Below, piece after piece: positions 38,101-53,100 of a stretch of 64,000 nt of DNA. The DNA comes from Tubiluchus corallicola (taxonomy: Eukaryota > Animalia > Priapulida), in contig JAQGDQ010000317.1 in the NCBI GenBank assembly GCA_030141605.1, positions 209,958 through 273,957 of the forward strand. The letters are read 5' to 3'. The notes beneath the pieces were generated by a model. The model had not been told where the DNA came from and made no database searches. It saw nothing but the letters and a program-made list of their open reading frames with translations. Position numbers and translations under genes: made by a program. Each line of letters begins with the position of its first letter. Position 1 is the stretch's first letter.

Positions 38101-41100
38101 CAGTAGTTATTGTATGGTCATTTGTAGTCGACAATATAAGGAGCATGTAATTTTTTGCCTAGAGCATATATGTGAAACTTGACACTTATGTTGTAATTTA
38201 TGAATATGTCAGCTAGTACATAATCACTCCTGAAGTGTGCTGAACTGTAATTGCATTTCTATCCCTAGAATCTTGTTAAACGTCTATAAATAATTTAAAT
38301 TCTGTCGTTCAAAACATAAACAAGTAATGAAACCACTATGTTGTTTGTAGTAGCAGCGTTTACACGAAAAACACCTATTTAGAGTTAAAAATGTAAATAC
38401 ATGGAATTTATTACAGCTACAATTAATTACTTCTGTGATGTTGTATCAAACACATTTAAACTTAAAGACTCGTTTCTGTTAATAGATACCCAGATTATAA
38501 AAAGTATTACAAAAAGACCCTTCAGGGTTTTATTTGGCATATGATTGTTGCTGACTAGGTGCTACAGTAACTTTGCCTCAAATGTCATCCAGCTTTTTAT
38601 AATCGAGAATTTTATTGACTTCAGGACACAGGCAATATTTGGTGTTTTTTGGTAAGTTGTCACAATTACTAATAAGTTCCCATAAAAGAATGCAGCTATT
38701 TTTGTAGTGTTGTGCACAAAGAAGTTGATGTAAGTGGGCAAGAACATCTCCGTAGCGATGCACTTTCTGTCTCTGTACCAGGTGATGAAGAAGCACCAGA
38801 AAATCCACAGCTGAGCTTTCCTGGTATGTAAATTAATGCTATAAACGTAAATGAGTGATATGTGTCTTCCACATTTGCTGTTTCAGGGCTGCATTAGCAT
38901 ACTAACTACTAACACAATTTGTAAACTGGAAGTTCTGTGGTGACGTATTTGTGTATTGTGGTGAAGCGGTAACATAATTTCGCAGGTATTTTTTCGCCAT
39001 GGTTTTGCTTATTAGTTAACTGTGTACATTAATTTGCCAGGTGCAAAATTGGCTAAACTGAGGGAGTCGTTAAAAATGGAGATGAAACAAAAGAGGCAAG
39101 TTTCCCAGCAGAAGAAAATCCAACTGTATAAGATGGATAACGAAGAAGACTATGAAGCGGAAGGTGAAGATGACGAAGAAGAAGAGGCAGAGCAAAGTGA
39201 AACGGATGAGGAGAACGAAGATGAGGTGATGTTGCTTTAGTAAATTTTTAAAGGGAAGAAAAGAGAATTTTAGAATATATCCAAAATAACTTTCCATACA
39301 AAGTTATAACTTATAGTGCTTAGCACTACACTTACCTGTTTGAAAGACTTATGTAACTGGAAAAGAAACTCTTAATAATTTAAAATATTCACGCCATACT
39401 GGTGAAACGGCACTGTATCACCGTCCCAATGTGCATCACTGGCTCACCATAAAACACATTATTGGTGTTACTGACAGTATAAAGTAATTTAAACTGTTGC
39501 TTAATTAGTGGAGAGTGTGCTACGAATGCTCTGGTTATTTTTTCAAGCTTTATGCAATGTTATATCTGAACTTGTTTCAAATGGCTTTCCGTTAAAATGG
39601 CTGGTGTTACCGGCTAACTGACATCGCAGGAGTGTTATTTACAACTTTTGTACATCATAACTGCTAATGCAATTTCTGTGTGCAGTGAGATAGCTTGTAA
39701 GTAGTACCCAATTTCAAGACGATTTTTAAAGCTTTTTTATGAAAAGTGTTTTCTTGTTCTTTAAGGTTTAGTCAGTTATTAATCTGTTCTTCTTTTTTCC
39801 TTGATTTGGTTTGCTTTGAAAGATGATAGAATTAAGTGTACAATGGTCTTGGTTTTTGTGTGATCTTTAGCTGTTCTTTAAGATACAGACTAATAGTTTT
39901 TAATAGAGGGTTACCGGATCTCTGTCCACAGCAATCCAGCACAAATTTGGATCGGATCAGGATAAGATCCTTATCCTTGCTTTAGCAGTCCCCCTTTCTA
40001 GTCAGCTCTGCAGTCCTAATACTTTGTAGATTTATATAGATATCTTTTGAGCAAAAATTTAATTCTATTGTATTGGATTTCTGTAAAAAATTGCATCTTT
40101 TTTTACAGTTAATGTGCCAATTTATTAAGAGATAGAAAAACAGTTTATTAATTATTAATGCAAATTTACTATTTGCCTCTTGTCATATAGCCCAACGTTT
40201 TTTTTCTAATTATACTTGAAAATTTATTTGAGCTTAGTCTGTAATTGCAATAATAAGCAATTCTAAGATTTTCGAGAATTAACTTTGCTGTTCCAAACTA
40301 TTCATGAATTAATTTAATTGATCCGGAGGCTTTTCATTGCATGGTTGTTAATGCAGTGCAGTGACCTAGAGAATAACATTAATTTGACAAGCTGTAGAGT
40401 TAAGAATGAAGAAATTAAAGATAATTATTAATTTTTAAATTTAACAGGTAAAATGTAGATTGTTCAATGGCACCAGAATTTATTTAGTCTTAGTTCACGT
40501 CTTTGGTTTGTTCCATCAGACAACTAGTAATAGTTTCATAATTTTAATCTATAATTTATTATTTTCTGCAGGAAGAAGAGGAGGACATAGAAGAGATACC
40601 AATTACTGAGAAAAAACGTCCCAAGAATGCTTTTGTTGAGTCAGAATGTGAAGAAGAGGATGGAGACGATGTTGGTAATGATGACGATGATGACGAGGAA
40701 GAGGACGACAATATGAATCTTGCATTGTACTCTGATGGCGAAGAAATAGACGAAAGGACAGAGGGTAACTTTGAACTGTTGAATGTTGTCTTATAAGAGT
40801 CAACGTATTTGGCTCCTCATTGCATGCATTTCTGGAAATGTATAACTCTCTCAGAGTTGTATAAAACCCTCAAACAGTGAAAACATAATGTGGTGGGTGA
40901 GCTTTAGGTATTGTTCTGTTGCTGATGATAAACAGGGAGCATTTGTGGTTGGTTAGATATTGCTTGCACAGGTAAATTGTTTGTCTACATGATTGTTTAT
41001 AGAGGAAGGAAAAAGTTAACTTGTTGTTGTGACAAAACATTACTTGTGGTGTGTGGTGGACTTGCTAACTGCAAGTTAGAATTCATTATTTCATGGTGAG

Positions 41101-44100
41101 TTAAATATGCTTTGTATTAAATGCATTGTTGACTAAACAAGCTCTTGCTAAGAACATATAAAGCTTGCTAGCTTGTTACCAAAATGTATTATTTCACATT
41201 AAATTAAGTATGTTCTATATTAAATATACTGTTGAATGAGCAAGCTGTTGTTAGATGGGAACTTAAGTCTAATCATGTACAGGTAAACCATCATTGTCAT
41301 AAACATGACAGAGCAATTAATTTGGAATATTTCAGTTGGCTTACTAGCCGTCATTGCTTGAGCCACCTCTAGTCACCATCGATGTTTATAACTTTGTTCT
41401 TCTATTCATGAGTTTACTGAAGTGAATTATATAAACTTTTTTCAACTAGTCATTTTTTTAGTGCATTTGATTTGCTTTATTTGCAAACATTTTTAAATTT
41501 GCTTTTATGCTTCATTTCTGTATTAGAATCAGGTAAGATTACCAATTCAAAGAATAAATGGTCCCCAGTAGCTGTAAGTTCCACAAACACCAACGTTGAC
41601 CTTTTCGGAACATCTTCAGTTCATCGAGCACCTGCCAAAGAGGATCAGAAAGATTTGGAACAATTACAAGTGACTCTCAGCCAGGAGATAAAGAAAGGAG
41701 GTGAATAAATTAAAATGAGACGCTAGTTTTGTATCTGAGTCAAATACGTAATAGTGCCCACATTGCCCAATTAAAACAACTATTTTGCAATGCTACATTT
41801 GGTAAACTGAATTTGTTTCATCATATTTTCAAAATTATCAACAATTTTTTTTCTATGCTAAGAAGTATCTAATGAGGTTTGACCAAGCATTTTCAAATTA
41901 ATTATTAAACTCCTCTATAGGGTGATTTGTTGAGCAAGCAGAAATGACTTGATTTACTGCGGCTTAGAAAGCCCTCCTTACGATGTAACATATTAACTCA
42001 TTTGTCACTGTAAAACATCTGTCTACCAGATATCCACAATTATAATCTCTGATCCAGCACTTCCAGATGAATGTCGTTAGCATTTGCTTAATTTTGGTTT
42101 TTCAGTTTGCTGTTTATAGGCTATTATGTTGTATCTTTTACTAGTGCACTCGCAGACAGTGCGGAGAAGTCGGATTGTTGAATTTTTATAATTTCAGGAT
42201 GCTAAAAAGCCTCAAATGATAGATTGTGATTAGGTTGGCTGCCAGCATGCATCTGGAGCGTCAAATAATGATGCTTCCTTTTGTGTAACTGAAAGCAATA
42301 TTCTAAAATTATAGTTTTTAGTTTTTTCAAATTGGTCTCAACTAAGTTTTTACTATATATATATTTGCGCTGTATTTTTGCAGGTTGTTTCCCAATGGAT
42401 ACATGTAATCTATGACAAAGTTCTCTTCTTTGTTTAGTCAAAATAATATGAATACGTGCGCTGCGACAGATAAATATATTACTTGTAGATCTACATAATA
42501 TATTTAACAGTTTGAGCTGCAATACTTGAAAATAGGTGAAATGCCTCTAAAAATATGGTACTTGGCATTTGCTTGTAGATAAGGAGGAAGGAAGGAAATA
42601 CAAGAAAATTACTCAAACAACCTTAGAAATAACTTGGAAAAAAAACTTATTTTTTGCATAATTCCTCGCATACATGAAAAGCAAAGTGAAGTAATTTTAT
42701 AAAGGTGCGACACACACCAGATTTGGATCGATGATATTCCTAGAATAATATAGACGACATAGCGATAAAAACTAATTTTTCGTATTGATACGAGAATTCA
42801 ATAATTATCGATATGTTTTTTTATCGTTAACATTCTTATGTCAATTATATGAATATTCTATGCGAATGTGCTTGCATTACAGAGTTCAAGAGTTCAGTTG
42901 ATTTAAGCAAAATTTATATTGCAAAAAAGTTATACTAACTCCCAAAAATCTGGACAGCACTTTGTGCTAAATATTATTAGAACATGCATGCTATATGAAT
43001 GTTGCTGTGTAACAAAGAAATAGCATTTTTACTTTTTTAATTAATGACTGTTTGAAAGTTGAAACTTCTTGCTTGGAATTTGATATAATGCTTTCCTCCT
43101 AAAGCATTTTCAAATGGTGCTCAGCAATAATTGCTACTGTTTTAAACTTGAAAATAGTTATTTCGTATTTCAAATGTGCATTTTAGTGTTAATCAGTTTA
43201 TTAGTAATACAATCGTACTTTTAACAATTACAGCAAGGACAAAGTCAGATGACATTTTTGAAGACAACGTCGCAAGACAAAATGTTAGTTCATCTGACCT
43301 AGAGAATAGTTTTGATTTTGGTCCATCATTGATTCCGCCTCATCAACCTGGTGGAGGAGTTGTATCTTCAACTGAGCAGCCTAAGTTTGTAACGCCACTG
43401 CCAAAACTAAAATCTTCTGTGTCACTGCTTAAGAGGGTATGACTTGCTTTTTCAGTAGCAATTTTCTTTTCTGTTGTACATCAAACTAATACTTAAGGGT
43501 TGTAACTAGTCACTACAGTTCAGTTGTGATTTGTAAAGATTTTGCCAAGATCAAAATTCAGTGCAGTAGCACTTTAGTATCATGCTAGTCTTTGTTATTT
43601 AATCACTATTGACAGTTTTTTCATCGGTATAGAATAGAGGATCAAACCACTAGCGAATTTCTACTACATTCAAACAGCGAAAAATTCTGATTCTGAAGTG
43701 ACGCCACTACTGTCACAGCCAGAATCATACCCAGTATGTTTCTCTACAGTCCCTGGTTTCCCAGATAAATTTTGAACTTAAGAAATTTAAATGCTTTAGA
43801 CATCACAAGACGAGACAAAATGTACAGTTACACACAAAAGAATACGTACGTTGATGCTACCTAGCTTGAAATTGCATTGAAATTGTTGAAACTGACCATA
43901 AAGCATCTACAATCAGTTTGTGATTGTAAACCACACTCTACAGTACAGATGATCCTAGTCAATGCTCATCACAGTTGAAACATAAGGTGACGTCACTTCC
44001 TGTCCCACAATCACAAAAAAGTGATCTGCAGTTGCAGTGGAAATGCTCTACTATTCTCTGCAACTCAGAGAAGACAGTTTTTCTCACTAGTGCTCACATG

Positions 44101-47100
44101 TTGAAATATCATCACTTTTCAGTTGCAAAAAAACAAACAAGGCTAAGGTACCAGCCCAGCTGCATTGATACTGTATTCATTTATATTTTTGTGTGCTTAT
44201 AGAGTGACAGCCGGTCATCTGAGATGTCTCTCCCAATAGAGAATTCCCAAGACTTGTACGATTTACATCAGCTGCGACGACGTGATTCTTCAAATCTAAG
44301 TTGTGATAGTGATTCACAATTGCAGCCTGATTGTGATACCATGCATAGTCAATTACTCGATGAAGACGGGTAATTACACATCACTAATACGTTATGTTTT
44401 TGTTTTTATGGTAGTTTGTCAAAAAATAATATTTTTTATATTGGCTGTAGCTAGTATCATTTTACCTTTATTATAAAAAGTATTATAAATTCTTTTTTTG
44501 ATTTTTTAAGATATTTGTGAAAAATTTTAATCTTTAACTGGTTAACTAATTATAATTACCATTGAAAGCATTTTTTGTTGTTTTTTTTGATAAAATGATA
44601 TTATTACTAAATGTTATTACTGCAAGTAAGATGTTAAGTAGTAGATAATAAGTTCAATTTAAAATTAATAGTACATTCGATATCATGTATATTTAAAAAA
44701 AACCGGACCCAGTGTTAAACTATAGCAGAAAATGATTTAGTGTTTAAAATATTGAAAGGGAAAACATTATGTTTTCAAGAATGGCTTACGTAAAAGAATT
44801 ATTACACACATTTAATTTTAAGTTCACGCCATTAGTTTTTCCCTCTTCCATGAATTTTGCCAATCGCTTGTTAGATGGATTGCCGGCAGGTCGAAAGCGC
44901 TTTGCACAGAAAAACAAGCACTCTACCTTTCAGATCAGTTCTGACGTAAAAAACATAATTGTGGTTAATTGCTTGTTGGCATTGCGGTAAGCTTAAGCTT
45001 GAATTGAATTTATAACTTAAAATTTGCTGAGTCGATGTAAATCACAGTCAGTGTAGCACTGTATTTTAATTTTTGCTTGTGCAAATGTGTGTAACATGCT
45101 CGTGGAATGCTTGTGCCATTACAATATTATGTTCACTTCTGTCGTCATCACTAGCTGTGCTCGCCTACCATTAATTAAGTTTATAAGTTAATATTTAATT
45201 ATCAGAAATAATTTTTACTATTCTTCCTATAGGGTTTGCCAGCCGTGAAAAATCATCCTGTTTTTTTTAAGTTCGGATAAGAGACTAATAATTATCCTAC
45301 TTGTATAGATATATAATGCGTCAAAATTTGCTCTCTCTTCCAATACACACTCTAGTAGTATTGTCACAATATATGACTTCTTTATGTCATATTTATTCAA
45401 CTTGCCATATTTGCAGAATCAGTATACATCTTCATGTTTTGTCTGACTATTCTTGCAGATAAGTGCTGCAACAGTAAGGCAATTTTGTTAAAACAAACAT
45501 TTATTCATAGTCTATGAATATCATACTAATCGGTAACAGTCATAACACTTGTATTGTTTTTTTACTCGCTGATGTCAATACTGATATGTACATTGATTAT
45601 TGGAAAATGTCGTATTTCATCATTGTTTGGCGTTACTGTATTGCTTTTCTGCAACATTTTTATCCTTGTTTTTCTTTTGCAGTTTTTTGCGATTGAAGAA
45701 AAGTACACTGAAGAAGTCATACAAAAGAAACAGAATATTTGACAATGATGAAAATGCAACAGATATGGATGAACTTTTACAATTTTGTTCTGGACAGTTT
45801 ACTGGCAGTATGCTTAATTAGTCTACAATTTTCTCTACTCAAAAATGAGAATAGTTGTAACTTAAAACTTCTTTTCTGTGGGAATTTGTGTGCTTTTCAT
45901 TTCTAATATTTGTGCTTAGTAATTTATTTTGATAGCTTCTTTGTCTTAAAAGCAGAGAAGGCCTTTTCTTAAAAAAACTTCTTTATTATCAGTGTCGAGT
46001 TATTTTATTTTATTTTATTCCATTACAAACACTTTGACGTAAAAAGGGTAATTTGGTATAGTGTTAGAAAAATGATTGTTGAAAACGTAATGTCATACTT
46101 TTTTGCATCCATTAATGCAATGCATCCATGGCTGCTAGAATTTGGTGAAGTTACTATTGTAGTTAAGCCATTACAAGAAATTTAAATTTAATTTGTGGTA
46201 CCTTTTCATCAGTAACCTTTGACGATACCGAATGTGATACTCATAGTAAACGGTATGGCACTTGTACATAGAAACCATGTTATTTTTATAGACAAGGAGT
46301 CTCAGGAACGGAAATCGGCAAAGAATTTGTTTGGAAGTGCTTTGGAAGATAAACAAAGTGAAAAACAAAGGAAAGTTTTATCCAGATTCGAGTCAAGTAA
46401 TAAATCAGATATGGATGAACTTATTGGTTTGTGTTCCGGAAATTTTACGGATACGCAGATGGATAAAGGACAAAAAGAGGAAGTTGTGTTTAGGGGTACA
46501 TCAAATCCAACAAATGATATGGATGAACTTGTTGGCCTTTGTTCTGGCACTTTTTCTTATAATCAAGGTTAATTTGATTATTCAAATATGTTTTATGATA
46601 TCTGACAAAATGTTGGCGTGCAAAAATTGTGTTATTTATAGAACATTGTATGCATGGAAATAAAAATAATACAGTAGGCGCCATTTATTAGACTCATGGT
46701 TAATAGACTCATTCGCTTAATTGACTCAAAAACACATGGAACAGGCTGGTTCTATTCAAATGTATATAAAAAAAACTCGGTAATTGTCTCAAATAACTCT
46801 GCATAATTGACTCAATATTTTTCCTTCACGCACGTAAAATAAGACACTTGTGTGTACCAAAACAGCTTTTACTGCATTTTTGTCATCTTTTTGTTGATTC
46901 TGTGCGCTATAATATACGTAGTAAGCGGGTACAGTACCTTTATCGTATTAGCATAGTTTGCTTTTGAAGCTCCTGCTGCTTTTCACAAGGTTATCACCAA
47001 CTGCACTAGGTGACTAGGTGTTTTGCGTGAATATGGGCAGTACACAGTAACAGATTTTCATTGTTTTTATCGCTATGAGAATTTCGTAGACCAACTTCTT

Positions 47101-50100
47101 CGTGAAGAAATGAAATAACCGAATTGCATGAATTTTTGTAATTTTTAATGGTAATAATCAGATTTTTTTCTTTTTTTATTAATTTACTTATATAAATTAT
47201 GCTTCTTAAATAATTACACATAGGTATTTTTGACATTAATTTGTTTCTAAAATTCATTTAATGTCATTGCAAGGCATACTAGTGTGATGAGTGATGACTC
47301 ATACTTGTATGGTAGTAATATACTAAACCTTCGGCTAATTGACTCAGTCGGTTAATTGGGTCAAAACACTTCCATCCTATAAGTCTATTAAGTGGCGCCT
47401 ACTGTAATATGTAACGAACATAAACGTGATGTGTCAGACTATAATTGCTGAACTACATTGGCCAAAAGCATTAAATAAATATTATTCAAAACTTCTAAAT
47501 TTTCTCTTGGTGGAGCTTTTGCTTTAAGTGTCAATAAGATTGAATTTTGATTTAAACATGTGCTGTTGGCAACGCATTGCTGGTCTCTAAATGATATCAG
47601 TGTTTCATACAAAGAAGTGATCTATATTTGGACAACGTTGTGAGGCCTTAAGACAGTTGTTTGCCTGAGGACAGATATACTGACAAAGATAACTTATCTA
47701 GTTAGATAATATTGTGAGTCCTCAAATACATTTATGATTCTTGTCTGAAGAAAGCTGAGCTCTCAAATTTATTATTATTGTATTATTGAAGAAACATAGA
47801 ACGTTATGATATGGGGACTGCCAACTCGTGGCTTAAGTTGTTAATAATCGCCACATCATTTTTTCATCTACGCCTTGCAAGTTTAATGGTACAAATGATA
47901 TTTCTATTGTCTATCTCAAAGTTTTAAACAAAGGACACAGAGTTCACTTTTGATGACAAACAGTGAATAAAATTTTTGCAACTGAAAAAAGTACATTCAT
48001 ATTATTGGCTTATAAGGCGATGTGGTTTTATGTCTTTTGTTAATAACACCATATGTCATACAAAGTCATACAAATGCGAGCATGTTCTCACCAATGACTA
48101 TTTTTGCACCTTGACCTATTCTCATTGTTTAGATGAGGCAGCTAAGCAATCGTTTGATTCACAGTCTGGAAGCCAGTGTGAAATCTTCCAAGGTACTTTG
48201 CCATTCACTCCGGATCTTTCGCAAGATGACAATGTGATAAAAACTGTAAACGAACCAGAGAGGCCTTCTTTACCTGTTAAAACACATTTAGGATTTACTG
48301 GAATGCTAAACACGTAAGTTTGCACAACATTTTGAAAATCATCAATTTCTTAGGTCTAGTTCTTTTTAATTTTCTTTGGTTCAGCTTATAAAAGAGATCA
48401 ATGATAAATATAGAATTGTCATAACGTTTTTGTTTTGTTTTATTTCCAGATCACAAGAATCACCTCTGAATCAACCATTTGCCAAGAATTTGCCAGAAGA
48501 AAGTGAGTTTGTCATTACAGCTGTTGATAATAACGATGATGAGGAGCCTATAGTGCGCGCAAGGAAAAAGCGTTTTAAAGCGCAACCAGATGCAACAGAA
48601 ATTTTGACTTCTGGCTTGGACCCGACCAGTGTGCCTTCAAAACGTAAGCGACTGTCGAGAATACGACTGACACTTAGTGATGATGAGTCAGATGATGGTG
48701 AAATTGCTGCAAATCAAAATTATGACGGTGATGTTGACGATGACAATAGTTTACACGCAGAGTCAGAAAATAAGGATGGTGCTGAAGATAAGTGTAAATT
48801 GTAAGTTGTTTTATTATTTGTGTGCAAAATACAGTTTTTCTAAAGATTTTTTTCTAGTGCATTATTACTTAGAAGTATTTCTTTGAGAAGAATTGTTGAG
48901 ACACAACACGAGAATAATATGTTCTACACAGTGTTTTCACAGTTTTAATATGTGCTAATGTACTAATTTTCTGAAAAATGACTTACCCGTGGATGCATAA
49001 TGCAAAATCACGTATTACGTATGAAACAACGATGTATTACCTTACAGGTAGTACTTGTGCTTTAGTGCATCATAAATACATGTGATTTAAAAGGGTCACT
49101 TTCTTAACTAGTTAAAGCGCAACTACCAACATATATCTTTGATAGCATTGTAAGTGAATGTAAGAAAATTGTTGTTCGTGACGGTAACAGAAATAATTTA
49201 GAACTTGGAAAGATTCCAGAATTCAGATATTAATCTTATTGGCCTCTTTGTAGCTGGTGTATTTAATACGAAAAGAACTTTTCGAGGTAATACTAGGTTT
49301 ACTCCACTAGTTAGTTTATTGGAAACTAATAATTAATTTTTAAACCAACAGTTTATTAGTAAATAATCCTAAGTAAGGGAAATGAACAGTTAATTAATTT
49401 GCCTGAAAAGGAAATACAGACAAGTTGATAATCAAGTCAGGGTTTGAACTTCAAACTTCTAGTTCATTATCATGTATCATGTTTTTGCAGTTCGTCTCTG
49501 CAGCGACACGAGTTCTTTGAGGAGGAAGCTGAGTTGTCTGGTTCGGAGGCAGAGAGTGATGAGGATCTGGATATTGCAGCTGAGGATGATGTATTGGAAG
49601 AAGAACTTGGTGACCTGGAAGAGATGCCTTCAGACGAAGAACTTCGTGACCAGATAAACAGAGTTCATGTGTAAGTTGATGGTAAAACTGCAACTGGGTT
49701 GAACATATGTGAGATACTGTTAAGTTTTAGTTAAATATTTAGTTTTTTAAAGATTATAATTTACGTTTCTATAATATTATATTATATATTATAATAGACT
49801 TTTTACGTTTCTGTGCTGAAATATGATCTGTTTTCGAAATGTTAACCATTTTCAACACAGCAACGATTTTCTTTCGTAAAAGATGCATAAAACTTTTAAA
49901 ATTAAAATTCGTCACACAAATGCAGGTGCACGACTAATTGTATGTTCCATTTTGTTTTATTGCAAGTTGATCTCGAAGTAGAATGTATTTTTACAATTAT
50001 TAAAACGACTTTAGTCGCACACTCATCACCTTTTTTCTCTAACTGTTTACTCTTTTTTTTTATCTTGCCTTTTTCGTTTTTACACCATTTGTGTTTTCTG

Positions 50101-53100
50101 GTTTTGGCAGTGAACTAATGAATATCGTTAGCGAGTTTACTAAGCTTGTTTTCCAAAATGAGTGGAATGTTGCATTAATTTCCATAATTTGGTTTAACAG
50201 TGCAAAGCAAAAATTGCTACACATTTTGTTGTTGTTCATTAAGCTTTAAACTATAGATGTTTATGTTTTTTTGACAACTAAACAAGGATTGAATGTCGTC
50301 AGTATGAGTTATTTTTAATTAGGATGCTCATCTAATGTATTTTTAGGAAAGAAGTTGCTACCATACAACTAAAACAGAAAATACTGATCAGTAGTATTTT
50401 TTAAAAAATAAGTTTCTTTAAAATAGTAATGATTGTCACCATTGTTTTGTTCTCTGCATCTCAGGAAGGGCATGATGGATGAAGACAAGCGCGAGATTCG
50501 TCTGTTCCAAGAAGCATTTCTTGAGGATGGTGATTTGTGGACAGGTGGCAAAGGAAGACAACGACAGTTTCGATGGAAGAATGTTGGTATGCCTAGAAAA
50601 GTTTTTTTTAATGTATCTGTGTTTCAAATGATATAGTTATATTTAATTATAATTATGACAACTATAATCATAATGTAGTCATTGATTCATGCAGCTGTTT
50701 AAAATGTACAGTGTTAATTTTGAGGGCTTTGTTTCGCATTCACCTTACATTTTATACAGAGTGTTTATGATTGTGTCACTTACAAAAAGACAAATAACAC
50801 AAATTCAAATTGCATGTCTCATTTAGCCTAAGTTCAGCACAAGCTTCCTCACTGTTCATTTATTTTTTGTTTCAGACGATGATGGTAATGATGATTCTAA
50901 GAGAAACGATTCTGATGATGCTGACGATAACGAGAATGATAATGATCAGGATTCTCAGTGGCGTAAAGCTAGATTTGAACGTGAACAATGGCTACAGGAT
51001 AATAAAGTGAGATAACCACTAATTTTGCAGCCTTTTGTCCATTAGGCATCTAACTTCTTTCTAGCATTGTTTTTTTTTAAATGGTAGTTTTTGTGGTGCT
51101 TTTTATGCAGCTTAGCGCTCTGCAAATGAGAGCTGAACATTTAATCAGGGCTTACTAAATGTACATGGACTGAAACATAGCTAAAACCATCGAGAATACT
51201 TCTCTAAGATTAGATGATGAACGAGGAGATTAGCCTTAGCAATGTTTGAAAGTGTACATGTTCTCCTTAAATGTTGTAAATAGTGGGGGCAGGTAGATAA
51301 AACTGCCATAATGACTTTTTCTGAACCAGTCACCTACCCATTTACTGAGCGAGCTTTGTGCTGCTCAACTTCAGTTACTAAGCAGGCACTGTGACTACTT
51401 TACTCAGTTATTCCATTTGCAAAATTTTGCAGTTTTAGCCAATAAATATCTTGTCCTTTAATGCTGGATTACCATGTGAGTGTTTTGTGTAATCAGCTGT
51501 GTTAAGCTAATACAAAATGACTGAACACTGCAGGATGTAGACAATTAGTTGTGAGGTTTTGAATTTTAATGAAAATAACATTTTCATTTGTTTATGTTAT
51601 TGTTTATGGCGTGTGAATTTTTTAGATTGCAGTAGACAATGCAGCAGAAGAAGAAAATAGTCAGCTTTTGAAGTTGGCAAACAAGGTCCTCCTGAAAAGT
51701 AAAGGTACTAGAATAATAATAAAATTTATCATGGTCAATTAATAATTGTAAATTTTTGTTCATTTGTCATAAAGACCAGTGTGGACCTAGAAAGATTTAC
51801 CCTTTAACATCCCACTGCTGTTCTGCCCATTGATGTGGAGTGGAAAGTTTTGTGGGAAGGAAACTACTTGTGAAAGAAACTTGCTGAAAAGAAATGCGTC
51901 AAGAGTTCTCGAACTGGAAGGGACAAGAGCAGCGAGTTATTGATTGCAAGCCGTATATCGTTATGCTTCCGAAACCATACATTTTCAGCCTGTGCTATTG
52001 ACTTGCGTGATTAATCATATTTTGTTGTGTACTTTCTGTCTGATGCCAGATTAATATTTATGGAGGTGCATAAGCAATCTAGACTTGAGTTAAATATATG
52101 AAATGGTAACATGTAGGCAAAATGAATATACACACTAAAAAGGATAGGGAAAAAAGAGAAGAGGAGAGGAGAAAGAGATAAAATTGAGAGAGAAAAAGAG
52201 TGATGGTGGAAGGAAAGTGCTCATGCACAGAAGACGTAAACGCTTGACTAAAATTTAGCATTCCAACAATACCAAGGATTACAACTCAAACTTGTTTATT
52301 TATTTGCTTGTACTTCGTACATTTAAATGGATTGGTAGAATCAAATAAAGTTTGCTAATTATACCTTTTATTAACTTGAGTGATTGTGGCTGCATGTTAG
52401 TTAGATAAACGTGAATATTTATTACTTATCACATGTTCTGCTTGTGCATTGTAATAAAGCATTGCTAACTTGTTCTTATAATGAATTGAGGAATTATGAT
52501 CATTTGCACATTTAATATTTTTATGAAGTTGCATGCATATGTGAATTACAGTTTAGAAAGTTCTGCATTTGTAACTTGTCAGGTGTTGATGATGGGTAAA
52601 ACAGTCATTAAAAGTAGTTTTTAACTAAGTTATTGTATCAGACATTTTTGTACTGGCCATAGGTACTGCACCAAGTATCTACTAGTATTGTTGTTGTTTT
52701 TGTACTCACTTCATAAAATGTGCTAAGACTTTGTAATGAACGACCAGCCAGTACATGTGCCCAGAAGAGTACTGGAATAATTTGTGCACTTTTTCTTGAA
52801 AAGGCACATAGCAAATAACAATTTGCAACAGTTATGACAACCACATGTGCCTGTGCAGTAAATCTCTTTTTTTTACTACCAGGTATCTACAAATGGCGAA
52901 ATATAGAAGTGTATCAATGTAGACAAAGTTAGACCAATTCATAACTCAAGTCAAATGCCCCTTAGAGCCGTAGCAAAAACATTTAATTTTAATTATCGTA
53001 ATTTGGTTTTGCCGTATGCAAAACGTGTCATTTCTTTAGTAATCTCTGCAAATGATTGATATTTTTGGTTTGCACTTCATGTGAAAATTTTTTACTATGG

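Noticed and set aside
44868-44987. Alternative or poison Claspin exon
   Set aside because: The flanking exons already splice in frame (44369 to 45682, DEDG|FLR). Support is limited to generic AG/GT signals.
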